Positions 25,876-36,523 of a DNA stretch of 64,000 bases are shown here, one piece after another. How positions within the stretch are numbered: position 1 is the stretch's first letter; every line of letters begins with the position of its first letter. Under the pieces are notes generated by a model. It was not told the origin of the DNA. It made no database searches and saw only the letters and a program-made list of their open reading frames with translations. Origin of the DNA: Cyanophora paradoxa CCMP329 (lineage: Eukaryota > Plantae > Glaucophyta); the NCBI GenBank assembly GCA_004431415.1, contig QPMI01000194.1:62001-126000 (forward strand). Direction: 5' to 3'. A program made the translations under genes and the position numbers.

Positions 25876-27464
25876 ATGAAGCAGTCAAAGCGAAAGGAAC
25901 CCAGCCTCTGGGATGACGGCTTCGACGAGGCCCGACGTCGGCACCGCTGGCACGGCAAGCGACCCGACAGCAGCAGCTCGTGGGCCGGCAAGGGCAACAT
26001 GAAGCGTGTCAACAAGATCACTCAGCAGGCGCGCAAGGCGAAGGAGCCCAAGCTCCCTGACCTCGACATCCTCAAGGGCGAGCACCCCGCGGCAACGGTC
26101 CGCTGCCTGGACACCAGCGGCCGCGCCTACCACGTTCGCCTTGGCGACTTCGTCATCTGTTCAGTTAGCTCAGACACCCAGCTGTGTCCAGAACTCAGCG
26201 TCGTTCGCCCGAAGCCCTTCCATTTCCCGCGCCCAGGTGAAACGATTTTGGCGCGAGTCGAGGGCGAGTTCCCAACACAGACGAAGGCGAAGCGCGGCGA
26301 CTTCAACTACTCCGTCAACGGCGTCATCCTTCGGCGCTTCGTGCGCCCGGAGGACTCCGATGTGAAGGACTGCGGGCTCGGCAGCGTGATCATCAAGGCA
26401 GACGGGGAGCAGGCAGCCGTGGCCATCGCAAACCACCTCATCTACTACTCGAACGTGACGGTCCGCCCGCCGCGCCCGCGCCCCGTTCCAGCGTCCGATG
26501 CCCGTGCGCGCAGGTTCACGCACCCGCGAAGGTGGTGGCCGCGGACGAGTACAAAGCCCTCAACCACGCCGATCCCCACATCTACGTCTGTAAGCAAATC
26601 ATGACGTTCCCGGGCGACGGCTCCTTCCAGTTCGACGTCGCCCTCGCCTTCAACGCGAGGCTCAAGCGAGTGGCGAAGAAGAAGATGGCGTGCTTCCTCC
26701 GGCCGCTGTCGAGGCCGGAGGAGCGCGTGGAGGCGATTGGCTACCTTCAGGACGCCGCCGCGAACGCCCTCAAGCGCCGGAAGACCGGGACGCAGCTTGT
26801 CAACGTCAAGATCCCGGTGGCCGGGCCGGCAATGTTGGTCTGCGGCTCTTATGACTCGTTCGAAGTTCTTTTTCCTATCCTCTAACGGTGCGCATCGCAG
26901 GAGAACATCGTGGCGCAGGTCGCGCACGTCGCCACGCCCATCGACCCGAAGACGGGCCAGCCGATCCCGGTTGACAAGCTGCCGGCGGCGAATCGCTTCG
27001 TTATCGAGCTTCCGGACCGCGAGACCGCTGCTGGTGGAAGCCGCTTCCTTTTTCCCGCTCGCTGTTCTTTTTCCGACCTCTTTGCAGCTGTTCTCGGTCC
27101 CTCCGGCGTGGCGCAAGCGTCCAAGCGCGTCTGCAAGCGGGACGCGGACGGGAAGGCGATCCGGAAGCACAGCGAGATGCAGACCGTCACCGTCGAGAAG
27201 GCGTACGGCGGCTTAATCGTGCCGCGCCACACGGGCTCCCATGACGTCGTCCAGTTCGACGAGCGTGCGCCCGGCCCGCCCTCGCCGCGCCGCTCGCTTA
27301 CGAAGCTCTGCTCCTTGGGCGCGGCAGGTCCCGGTCGGATCGTGGCCACGAAGCGCTCGGGCAGGAAAGGTGGGCACGTCACGCTCGAGCTTCCGAGCTA
27401 CGAGTACGGCCCCGACGGCGAGCGCATCGCCAGCCTCGCGGGCCCCTCGCGGCTGTCCCCGTGA
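25876..27464 (+). CDS. BAH-domain-like protein (spliced), convergent partner of the transposase; may extend into an Ala/Pro-rich tail to ~27900
   Basis: YHVRLGDFVIC ... TILARVEG ... ILRRFVRPED ... LIYYSN ... AKVVAADEY ... DPHIYVCKQ follows the BAH consensus order (Y.vGD.V; iarI; wfyRPee; elf.s; c.V...ey; d.f.C). Confidence 0.65.
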
Positions 27465-27919
27465 AGCGCCCGCGCCGGTGCCGCGCCGGCGCCAACACCG
27501 TCGCCAAGGCGCCGCCTGTCCCCGAAGCAGCCCCTTCAGAACCTGCCGCCGCCGCCCTGCCGGCCCCCGCCGCCGCCGCCCTGCCGGCCCCCGCCGTCGC
27601 CGCCCCGCCGGCCCCCGCCGCCGCCGCCCTGCCGGCCGCCGCCGCCGCCGCCCCGCCCGCCCCCGCCCCGCCGGTCGCCGCCCTGTCGGCCCCTGCTGCT
27701 GCTGCCCCACCGGCCGCTGCCGCCCTACCTGCCCCCGCCGCATCCGCCTCGGTCCCCAAGTGCGCCCCCTCCCCCTCGCCCCCCGCTCGGCTACTTGCTC
27801 GCCTAATCCTGCAGCAGGAAGGATCGCGCGGCACAGCTCGCGGCCGCGGTGGCGGCGCGCAAGAGGGCAAAGTCGTGAAGCTGCTACTGAGAATCGCACT
27901 ATCTAGGTTACAAGGTGCG

Positions 27920-30900
27920 CTATGTCTGGTCCAAATCCATTTCGTCTATTTCCCCCTCCGCTAGATCGTCTGCTAGAACCTCTGCTAGGGCCCTATCATC
28001 GAAATCGAGCATGTTGGCGCCCTCATCCTCCGCCTCCATCTCCTCCTCCGCCTCCTCCTCTGCCTCGGCGTCGTACTCGGCGGTCTCCTCCTCCTCCTCC
28101 TCCTCGTCCCCGCTCTCCTCGGGCACCTCGTCCTCCGGCACCGGATCCCCCTCCTGCAGCTCAATATCCTCGTCGATCTCCTCCTCGTCCGCAGGCAGGG
28201 GCACCGCTGCCACCTCCTCGCCCCCGGCGGCGCCGCCGCCGCCCCTTCGCCCTGCATAGCCGCTGACCGGTGGGGACGGGCCGCAGGTCGGGGGATGAAG
28301 GGCCCATCTGGCCAGGCCTTGGCGGCGACGGGCGCGTCGTACTCGGCGTGGGCAGCGTCCTTCCCGCCGGCGCTCGCCTCCGTCATGTTCCGCATCCACA
28401 GCGCCAGGCGCCGCCGCTGGTGCGTCATGATCTGCTTGAGCATGTCGAGGTCCTTGTTCCACCCGCCACCGAGAGACGTGACGGTGTGTCGCAGGCGCCG
28501 AAGGAGGCCCATGTAGGACTCGATGACCTCGCAGCTCCAACGGCCGGGCGCGTTCGTGTTGTCGACGCGCGCCCAGAACGCGAGGTGCGCAAGCGTCGAG
28601 TGCATGTAGCGTGTGAAGATCTTCCATAACGGGAAGTGTGTCTCCATCAGGCCCTGGAGCTCGGCGACGGCCTCGATAACTTGCTGCCGCGCCTCCTCGT
28701 CGGGCTTCATGTTCCGCTCGTACTGGTAGATGATCTGGCGGAGCTGCCAAATCTCGTGCATGCCCCTCGTCTTCTCGCTCCAGCTCTCCTTACTGTCGCC
28801 GAAGCAGATGCTGAAGAGGGTGTCGGGCGCCTCGGGGTCCTCCAGGATCTTCTTGGCGGTGTTGGCGGAGATCTTCTGGAAGAACTTGTAGGTGGCCCCG
28901 TTCTCGGTCTTCTCGAACTTGATGTTCCGCGCGTATTTATCGCGAAGATGACGCTGCAGGTCTTCGATGCGCTTCTGCTGGTCCTCGGAGGCACCACAGG
29001 CGAGGGCGAGGAAGAAGTAGACGAAGAACCCGGCCACCCAGCTCTTGATGCCGTGCAGGGCGTCGTCGAGCCGGACCTGAGGTGCGCGTTGGCGTCCGCT
29101 GAGGCGAGGTGTCGCGGGCTTCTCACCTCGACGGCAGCGACGGGCAGCATGCTGTTCGGGAGCGGCTGCAGGAGGGCGTTGGCGTCGTGCTCGGGGTGCG
29201 GATTCTCTGTTCGCTGGCTGGAGGGAGGCCGTCCCGATCCCGCGGCCCTGCTGCGCGCACGACTTCGACCGCCGAGCACTCGGACCTGCAGTAACGTGAG
29301 CCCCATGCCGAATCTCAGCGCGTGTGACTCGGCGAACTGACCCGCGTCGGTGGACAGAATCGCAGTGCGGGCACAGGTCGAAGCCGAGGAGGACGCGGAG
29401 GAACTTGTAGTCGCCCGTCACCAAGAATTCGACCTCGACGGGCTTGTCGTGCTCGTACCCGGGGATCAGGGTGAGCGGGTTCTCGTTCAGGTACTCGACC
29501 ATGTCGGCGAGGGGCTTGATGCGTGGGCGCAGGTTCTCCTCGCTGTCGCTACCGCCGAAGAGCATTAGGGGCAGGAGGGCGTAGCAGCTCTGAACGCCCT
29601 TCAGCGGGTGGTACGCCTGCGTCCCGTCCTCCTCGATGACGTAGTAGCCGTCGACGATTGCCACGATGCAGGTCATGCCGTCGGTCGTGGAGACGCTCTT
29701 CCCGCGGAACGCGATCGTCCCGTCGCCCGCCAGGCGGACTCGAGGTCTGATCTTCTTCCCCCTGTGCTTGTGCAGCGGGACGAAAGCGCTGATGAGGGCC
29801 GACAGGGCGGGCGTCGGCGTGACAGCTCTGCGGGGCGGCGGCGCTGCCGCCTCTCCGCCCGCCGCCGGCGCTGCCGCCTCTCCGCCCGCCGCCGGCGCTG
29901 CGCTCGACGGAGGCACAAAGAGCTCGAGCATGACGCCCGGCTTGCCCTTGTTCTCCTCGTCGCCGACGCCCGCCGCTGTTTCGACGATCTGCACGATCTG
30001 CACCGCTCGGTGAGCCTCGTCCCTCACCCCCGCCCCGCGCGCGCGCGCCGCGCCTTCTCGAGGTCATCGTTGACCTTGCCCCGTAGCTTCGTGATGCAGT
30101 GCTTCGACGGGAGGAAGGCTCGCAGCCCCACGAAGTGCTTCTTCAGGGCCTTCTTGAGGAGCTTCGTGAACTCAAAGTACGTCGCCTGCCCCGGGTCGGT
30201 TTAGAACGGGATGGGGGGTTAAAACATTCGAGAAAGGGCGCACGTCCGAGATGCAGTGGCGGTCCTTCCACTCTAGAATCTCGCAGTCGGGGAAGGTGTC
30301 CCGCAGCTTCCTGCAGGCGATGCTCATCGCCTTCTTCACTTGCAGCTGACCCGATTTGCTCGTTTCCAGGGCTCGTTGGGCCTGCGGACGGTGGTTCAGA
30401 AAGGTGCTCTTCTCCAACGATTTTGTAGCCTATTAAAGTACGATTCTCGGTAGCTCTTTTTATGTATAATAACGCGCACTGCGTGTGGCCCGATGATGCT
30501 CACGAGGCGGCGTGCCTCCGCCTCCAGCGCCTCCCTCCTCTTCTGATAGGCGCCCTCCTCCTCTCCTTTGTTCCTGGGGCGCCCTGGATAAGCATGCATA
30601 TGCCTGCGCGCGCGCCGCCCCGCCTTGTACCTCGCGAAGTTCTTTTTAAACATGGGGAGGCGGATCTGGATGTCCGGACTCGCAGCGTTTAGAATCGTCG
30701 AGAGCAGCATGCGGAGGAACCGCGTGCGCCGCTGCCTGGACGTATCCGAGCATCCCTTCCCAGGGACCTGCCTAGCTATGCGCGAGATGGTCGCTGCACG
30801 CTGTGCCGAAGTCCGCGGGACCTTGGCGCGCTTCGACTGGTGCTCCTCCCTAAGCTTCTTGTTCTCCGCCTCAAGCACTGCGATGCGCTCGTCGCGCGCT

Positions 30901-31500
30901 TTGAGCGTCGCCTTGCGGACGATCCGCTCCTCAGGCGGCACATCTTCCTTGCCGCGAGCGCGTTTCGGGGCGGTGCCGGGGCCGGGGGCCGGCCGCGGCG
31001 CCGGGCTCGGCGCCTCATTAAGAACTGCATTCGTCTGCTCGCGGCCGGGCAGAGAGCATACACTCGTAAGCGCGGGCAAGTCAAGTCATGACATCGAATT
31101 TGAATGAGCGGCATACCACGTCGGCGCCGAACGCGCGACGACCGCGCTGCTGCTGCTGCTCTGGGCTAATCTGAGGCGATTGCGGGCTCGCTGGAGCCGA
31201 TGGCGACCCGGGTGGCGAAGCTGGAGGGCTCTGCAGGATGCACTGGAGGAACACAGCCACTGCGGTGGCCTCTTGAAGCGCCGCCGTGCAAGCTAAGCTA
31301 TGCGGATACAATGGAGACGCAATGCCGCGCGCCTCCAGTTCCAGGTGGGCGTTTCGGCTGTGGGTGAGCACTGCGATGATCCGCATAAGCGCCTGGTACG
31401 CGACCGACGCGTCCGCCATCTCTAAAACGACTGCTGCGGGCGCTGGAAACGTTTGGGGCGCGGGCTGGGCCGCGGGACGGGGCGCGATGGGTCGCTGCAT
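27920..31500 (-). CDS. RAG1/Transib-like DDE transposase (spliced; acidic C-terminal tail in a shifted frame)
   Basis: Ordered motifs ISD|ATYFEF..LPSKHCI, LAGDG (D ~29723), LLPLMLFGGSDSEENL, VTGDYKFL (D ~29411), CPHC, DDALHG, SANTAKKIL, TRYMHSTLAH, GRWSCEVIES (E ~28520), DMLKQ. Confidence 0.85.
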
Positions 31501-31902
31501 CGCGCGGGCGGGTTCAAAACTCGGAAAAAAAGATCGCGTGTACCTCCCCTGCCATCTGCGGAAGCGGCAGCTCCGAGCGCCGCGAGCAAGCATACACATC
31601 CGCGACAGTTAGGCGCCGAAGAGCAGCAGGCGAGCCCAGCATGCGCGATAATGCGCAATTGCGATGCATAGCTACCTTAGGCGAAGCGGCTGGTCCACCC
31701 GCGCGGTCCTTGCCGGCCGCGATGCTCGCTCGTCGATATGGGTATGACGCGCTAAGCAAGGGGAGCATGCCCAGACTGGGTACGCAAACTGCTGAACGTC
31801 CAACTCCAGCTGAACGCCCTGCAGCTGGTGGGCCTGAAGCAGCCTCAAGCGTTAGCTATGTCGCATCGACAGTGTAGCTATGTTAGCTGTGGAGCGAAGC
31901 AT

Positions 31903-32633
31903 ATGCCCGCTGACTACGTGTCCGAGGAGGAGGACCAGGAGGAGACCATCAACGCGCCGTGCAATCGCCCAATGACTTCGTCTGTCATCGAGATCAACAG
32001 CAGCGACTCGGAGAGCGATGGACCAGCGGCAGCGCGCCGAGCGCAGGGCGCGCATGAAGGCGGACGAGGAGCGCGCGCTCGAGGAGGAGGATGAGATCAG
32101 GCGGCGCCACCAGGCAGCTTTGGAGGTCAACCTCGCAATAGAGCGCGACTCGGTGAGGCCATACAAGCTGGCCGAGCTCAAGCAGTTGCTGGAGTACGCG
32201 CGCGCGTGGATGCGCGAGCACGAGCAGCTGTACGAGCAGTTCGAGGTCGCGCTGGCGCACAACAACCTCCTCGAGGCCATTAACCTGCGGTCGGAGATCC
32301 GCAAGCACCGCAGCACGGCGCGCTTCTGCGGGCAGGACCCCCTCGGGCTCTACGAGGAGGCGGCCTTCAAGCCTCTCTATGACAACGTGACGGCCTTGCA
32401 GCGGCGGGCGGGCAGATGGAGCATTTCGGCGACAATCTCTTCAAGTGCGCGGAGCACTTCCAGCGGGTGCGCATCCGGCAGCAGCAGGCGGCGGCGGCGG
32501 CGGCGGCGGAGGCGGCGGAGGCGGCGGCGGAGGCGGACGGGGCTGCTGCTGCTGCTCGGTGCAAGCGCCGCCGCCTGCGTCGCGGCGACGGCGTGCTCGT
32601 CTCGCGGCCGGACGATGCCGACGACGAAGCGTA
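31903..32633 (+). CDS. Orphan helical protein inside the element, divergent from the transposase (frameshifted or spliced)
   Basis: Protein-like, GC3-rich segments RMKADEERALEEEDEIRRRHQ...PLYDNV and QMEHFGDNLFKCAEHFQR, joined across frames. Confidence 0.45.
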
Positions 32634-32639
32634 GCGCCG

Positions 32640-32925
32640 TTAGCCGCCCCCGCCCCGCCGTTAGCCGCCCCCGCCCCGCCGGCCCCCGCCCCCGCCCCGC
32701 CGGCCCCCGCCCCGCCCCGCCGGCCCCCGCCCCCGCCCCGCCCCGCCCCCGCCCCGCCCCGCCCCGCCCCGCCCCCGCCCCGCCCCCGCCCCGCCCCGCC
32801 CCGCCCCGCCCCCGCCCCGCCGCCCCGCCCCGCCCCGCCCGCCCCCGCCCCGCCCCGCCCCGCCCCGCCGGCCCCCGCCCCCGCCCCGCCGGCCCCCGCC
32901 CCCGCCCCGCCGGTCGCCGCCCTGC
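32640..32925. repeat. (CCCCG)-type low-complexity tract flanked by a ~34-bp direct duplication
   Basis: ggcgacggcgt(g/c)ctcgtctcgcggccggacgatg at ~32584 and ~32927. Confidence 0.85.
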
Positions 32926-34455
32926 CGGCGACGGCGTCCTCGTCTCGCGGCCGGACGATGTCTGCAGCTAGAGTCACCAGCTGCAGTCTGCACCTGGCTT
33001 GAATACGACAGATTTACTAGTTATTCTGCTATCGTGCGCGCACCGTGGCACCGTGGCACCGTGGCACTCAGTGACTACCGAGAGTGGCGGGCGGGCTGGC
33101 GGGGCGGGCTGACAGGGCGGGCGCCTGGCGGGACAGTCGGGGGCCTCCGGGACACTCTGGCAGTCCGGGGCCTCGGGAGCCTATTTTCGCGCCATACAAG
33201 GCCTCCCCCGACCCTGCAGCTGCATAGGAGGCCTTATATAGTGCTTTAAAAAGGTTCTCTAAGCTTTTTTCGATGTCTCCCAGCTCCTGGGGCGATGGGC
33301 CCAATTTGGAAGGGCCAAAAGTCAGCAGAAGACTAGCTGTAACGTAGTGTATAGGCGTATGATGAGTCATATGGTATGACGGGTTAAATGGGCCCATCGC
33401 GGGGGCTTTGTGCAGGGCACTAAATAACGCCGTGTGACGCCTCTACATCTTGAATAAAAAGTTCTAATCAAGATACGAGGCTGCCGTGCTTCAATCGCAA
33501 GCCTCGGAGTGCAGATTCCCTGGCAGATCAAAAATTGCGAACGCGATACCGGGGGTCGCCGCGCGCTCGCAGCCTTGCGAAACCTTGAGAGCGGATAAGA
33601 TTGCCGCCGACAGCGAGCCCAGCTCCCCGCTCGCAGTGCAGCCGCGCGCTTAAGGCGCCGGCCAGCCACTTGGCCCCGGCTGCAGCTGCTCCGGCACGGG
33701 CGGCCTCAGCCAGCCGGCACCATGCTATCGCAGCTTCAGCCATGAGCCTCGGAGAGGGCGGAAGTCTCCGAGGCTCGGTCCGCGATCCAGGGCAGGCGTG
33801 CGTATGTTCCAAGTTCGCGGGCGAGGGCGTGCGCCTCGCCGAATCGTTGTCGCGGCGTGCGCCTCGCCAGGTGTACTACAGTGCCACAGTGCCACGTTGT
33901 CGAAAGCGCGAGCCGCTCAGTCAGCCGAGTTTCCTCCGCTGGCCAACCGGGTACGCATACGCCCGGCCCGGCCCGGCATGCCACGAGAGCGCCCGCGGCG
34001 CTTCACGCGGTCTTCCTTCATCTCCGTGACCCGCTTCTGCGAGACGAGGTCGGTGGGGCAGCGGCTGCTTGCCGCAGTGCATGGATTGCCAGCCCCAGGT
34101 GCGAGGCCTTGACTCATCCCGAGCTTCCCGAGCAGATTACCAGGCGCGCCGGCGTAGCTCAGCGCCGATTGGGTCTGGCACGGTCCGCCTTTGCGGCCGA
34201 CCCCGGTTCCGTGCCCAAGCCGTTCCGACCTTCCCGAGCAGATTACCAGGCGCGCCGGGCGCACCTAGCTCAGCGTCGCCGAGCTTATAGGCTAGGCTTG
34301 CTCGGAGGCTCCGGATGCACGCACAGTTAGCCAACCCAGCCGCGCCCCGCGTCCCCGCCCGGCTGTCGTGTGGGCGACGCATGCGCAAAAGGAACACAAA
34401 TTTTTCTCATCCGATGAGAGCTCTAGCTATGCAGGACGAAGCGAGCGGGCCGGGG

Positions 34456-36208
34456 CTAGCGCCCGATGGCGGGCGCCTCGAAAGGCGACGTCTCCGGCGG
34501 CACAGCAGCGTGTAGCTGCTGGACCGCGGCGACCCACCCTGCGACCCTAGGCCCCCGGGGTTCCCGCATGAGCACGTCCCTCATGTAGAGATACTCGATA
34601 ACGGCCTCCAGCTCCTCCACCTCCTTTATGTACATGCGCTCCTCCTTCCGCCACACCTTCGCCTCACGCTCCAACTCCAAGTCCCAATTCCTCTTCATCC
34701 TTGAGACCTGCGCCGCGCCGCGTTACGCGCCAGCGGGCGCACGCACGCGTGTGGGCAATCGCGGACCTTGTTTTCCAAGTCATCCACCTTCGTCTGCAGC
34801 GCAGCGTTCTGGTTCTGCAGCTCCTCGCACTCCTCTTCGAGGTTTTTGACCCGAGTCGCTCTCTGCGGGCGCCGGAGGGACCGCCGTCAGCAGCGCATTG
34901 CGGGCGCCGGCGGCGCGGGCGGCGCGGCGGCCGGCGGGCTCACCAGACTGGCGTTGAGCTGCATCATCTCCTTCTCCAGCTGAGCGATCTTCTCCTCCCG
35001 TTGAGCGATCTGCCGCTGCTTCTCCCTGTTGGCCCACCGCAGATCAGGGAGCTCCCGCTCCAGGGAGCTGCACTTCTGTTGGAGCTCCTCACGCTGCGCC
35101 GGTGCACGGAGGAACACGTCGACTTTCGCCTTCAGTTGATTGGCGAGCTCCGCGCCAGTTAGACCCTTGTCTAGGACATCCTGCGGCCCGAATCAGCGAG
35201 GCAAGCTGCGGGCGAAGCGCACGGCGGCGTGAAACGGCGCGCGCACACGCTGCTGAAGGTACTCGATCGCTTCAAGGAGCTTGGACGCCATGCGAACCGC
35301 ATCGGAAACCCGCTTGCAGCCGGTGAGCCTCCGATAGAGTGCGGCGTCCTCCTCCTCGATGCGAAAGCGGTGCCGCCCGGGCTTGTCCCAGGGGGTGAAT
35401 CGATCTTCCTCCTCGCCCGTCATCTCGACATCGCACTTGCGCCGCTTGCACTGCTGCTTGGTGGACGTGGCGGGCTTCTTCGGGCTGGCTTCTTCGCGGC
35501 TGAGCTGGCAGGCGACGGCGCGACAGAGGGATCGTCCATATACCGCTCCATGGCAACGAAGGGATCCTCATATTGCTCGCTCGGTGCCGCCGCGGGCGAA
35601 GGCTGGGAGGTCGCCGCCGCTGCCCGCTTGCGACTCACGCGCTTAGGCATGTCCACGGGGGTCGCTGGCGAGGCCGCTGCCGCCGGCGGCTGCGTGCGTG
35701 GAGGCGTGGCCGGCTGATCATGCGAAGGCTGCGATTGCGAGGGCGCAGCTACTACCCGCTTGCGACGCGGGCGATCAGGCGTGTACACGGGGTCGCTGAT
35801 GAGGCAGCTGCGACAGGCGGCGTACACGGCTGTACAGGCGTACCCCCCCCAAAGGCGTCCCTGGCGTCTCACAGCAGCCGCTGCCGGGCTCTGCTCGAGC
35901 TCTGAGCGTACTGGCGAGACTTGTGGGGAGTCGCTCCCGCCCGCCGGCTCCGCCGCGGGAGGCGCCAGCGCGACCGCGGCCGTCGCATGCGCAGCTGGCG
36001 CTGCATGCGCAGGCTGAACGACTTGCTCGCTCAAAGCTGCGTCGCCAAAGTCGTCTGGATTCACGTCCTCGCCGAGGTCGTCCTGGCTGCCGCAGGTGCT
36101 GCCGCCAATCTGGCCGTGCCGCGGCCTGCCATCGCTGGCGCCGCCCAGCCACGCTCTAATGGAACCGAACGCTGAGCCGACCTTGGCAGACAGCACAGAG
36201 AGCGGCAT
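34456..36208 (-). CDS. Orphan coiled-coil protein inside the element (spliced)
   Basis: Disordered N-terminus, then heptad exons QREELQQKCSSLERELPDL..AQLEKEMMQLN, KNLEEECEELQNQNAALQTKVDDLENK, DLELEREAK..EVEELEAVIEYL. Confidence 0.55.
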
Positions 36209-36523
36209 CTCGATCGCCGAACGCTAAGCTATAAGCGCTTTTGCTTTTCCCGCGCAAGTCCGTGGCTGGCCGCAATCTAGCTGCAGCTGGCCGTGGCTTG
36301 GAAGGGGGGGAGATGGCTTGGGGGGATATAGAATTTGGTCTAGCCAGCTCGAACTCGAACTCAGCCGGCTGATAGCCGCCGTGACACGGCCGTGTTCAAA
36401 ATTCAAATTCCATCCATTGTTAAAGCTCGCGAACTAGCGGGATGTCCAAAAGGTCGCGCCGTTTTCGGCCCGTCGAGGTCCGTCCGGGGCCGTCTGCGAC
36501 ATGCGAAACAGCTCCTTACGGGG

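Larger units (their letters stand above)
25627..36520. mobile_element. ~10.9-kb putative DNA transposon: RAG1/Transib-like transposase, BAH-domain gene and two cargo genes
   Basis: Interrupts a copy of the 1.46-kb repeat: left flank ...gacaggttggg, right flank gggtctcgggttcgaatcc, intact unit gacaggttgggtcacgggttcgaatcc (~40848-40875). Contains a DDE transposase. Confidence 0.7.
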
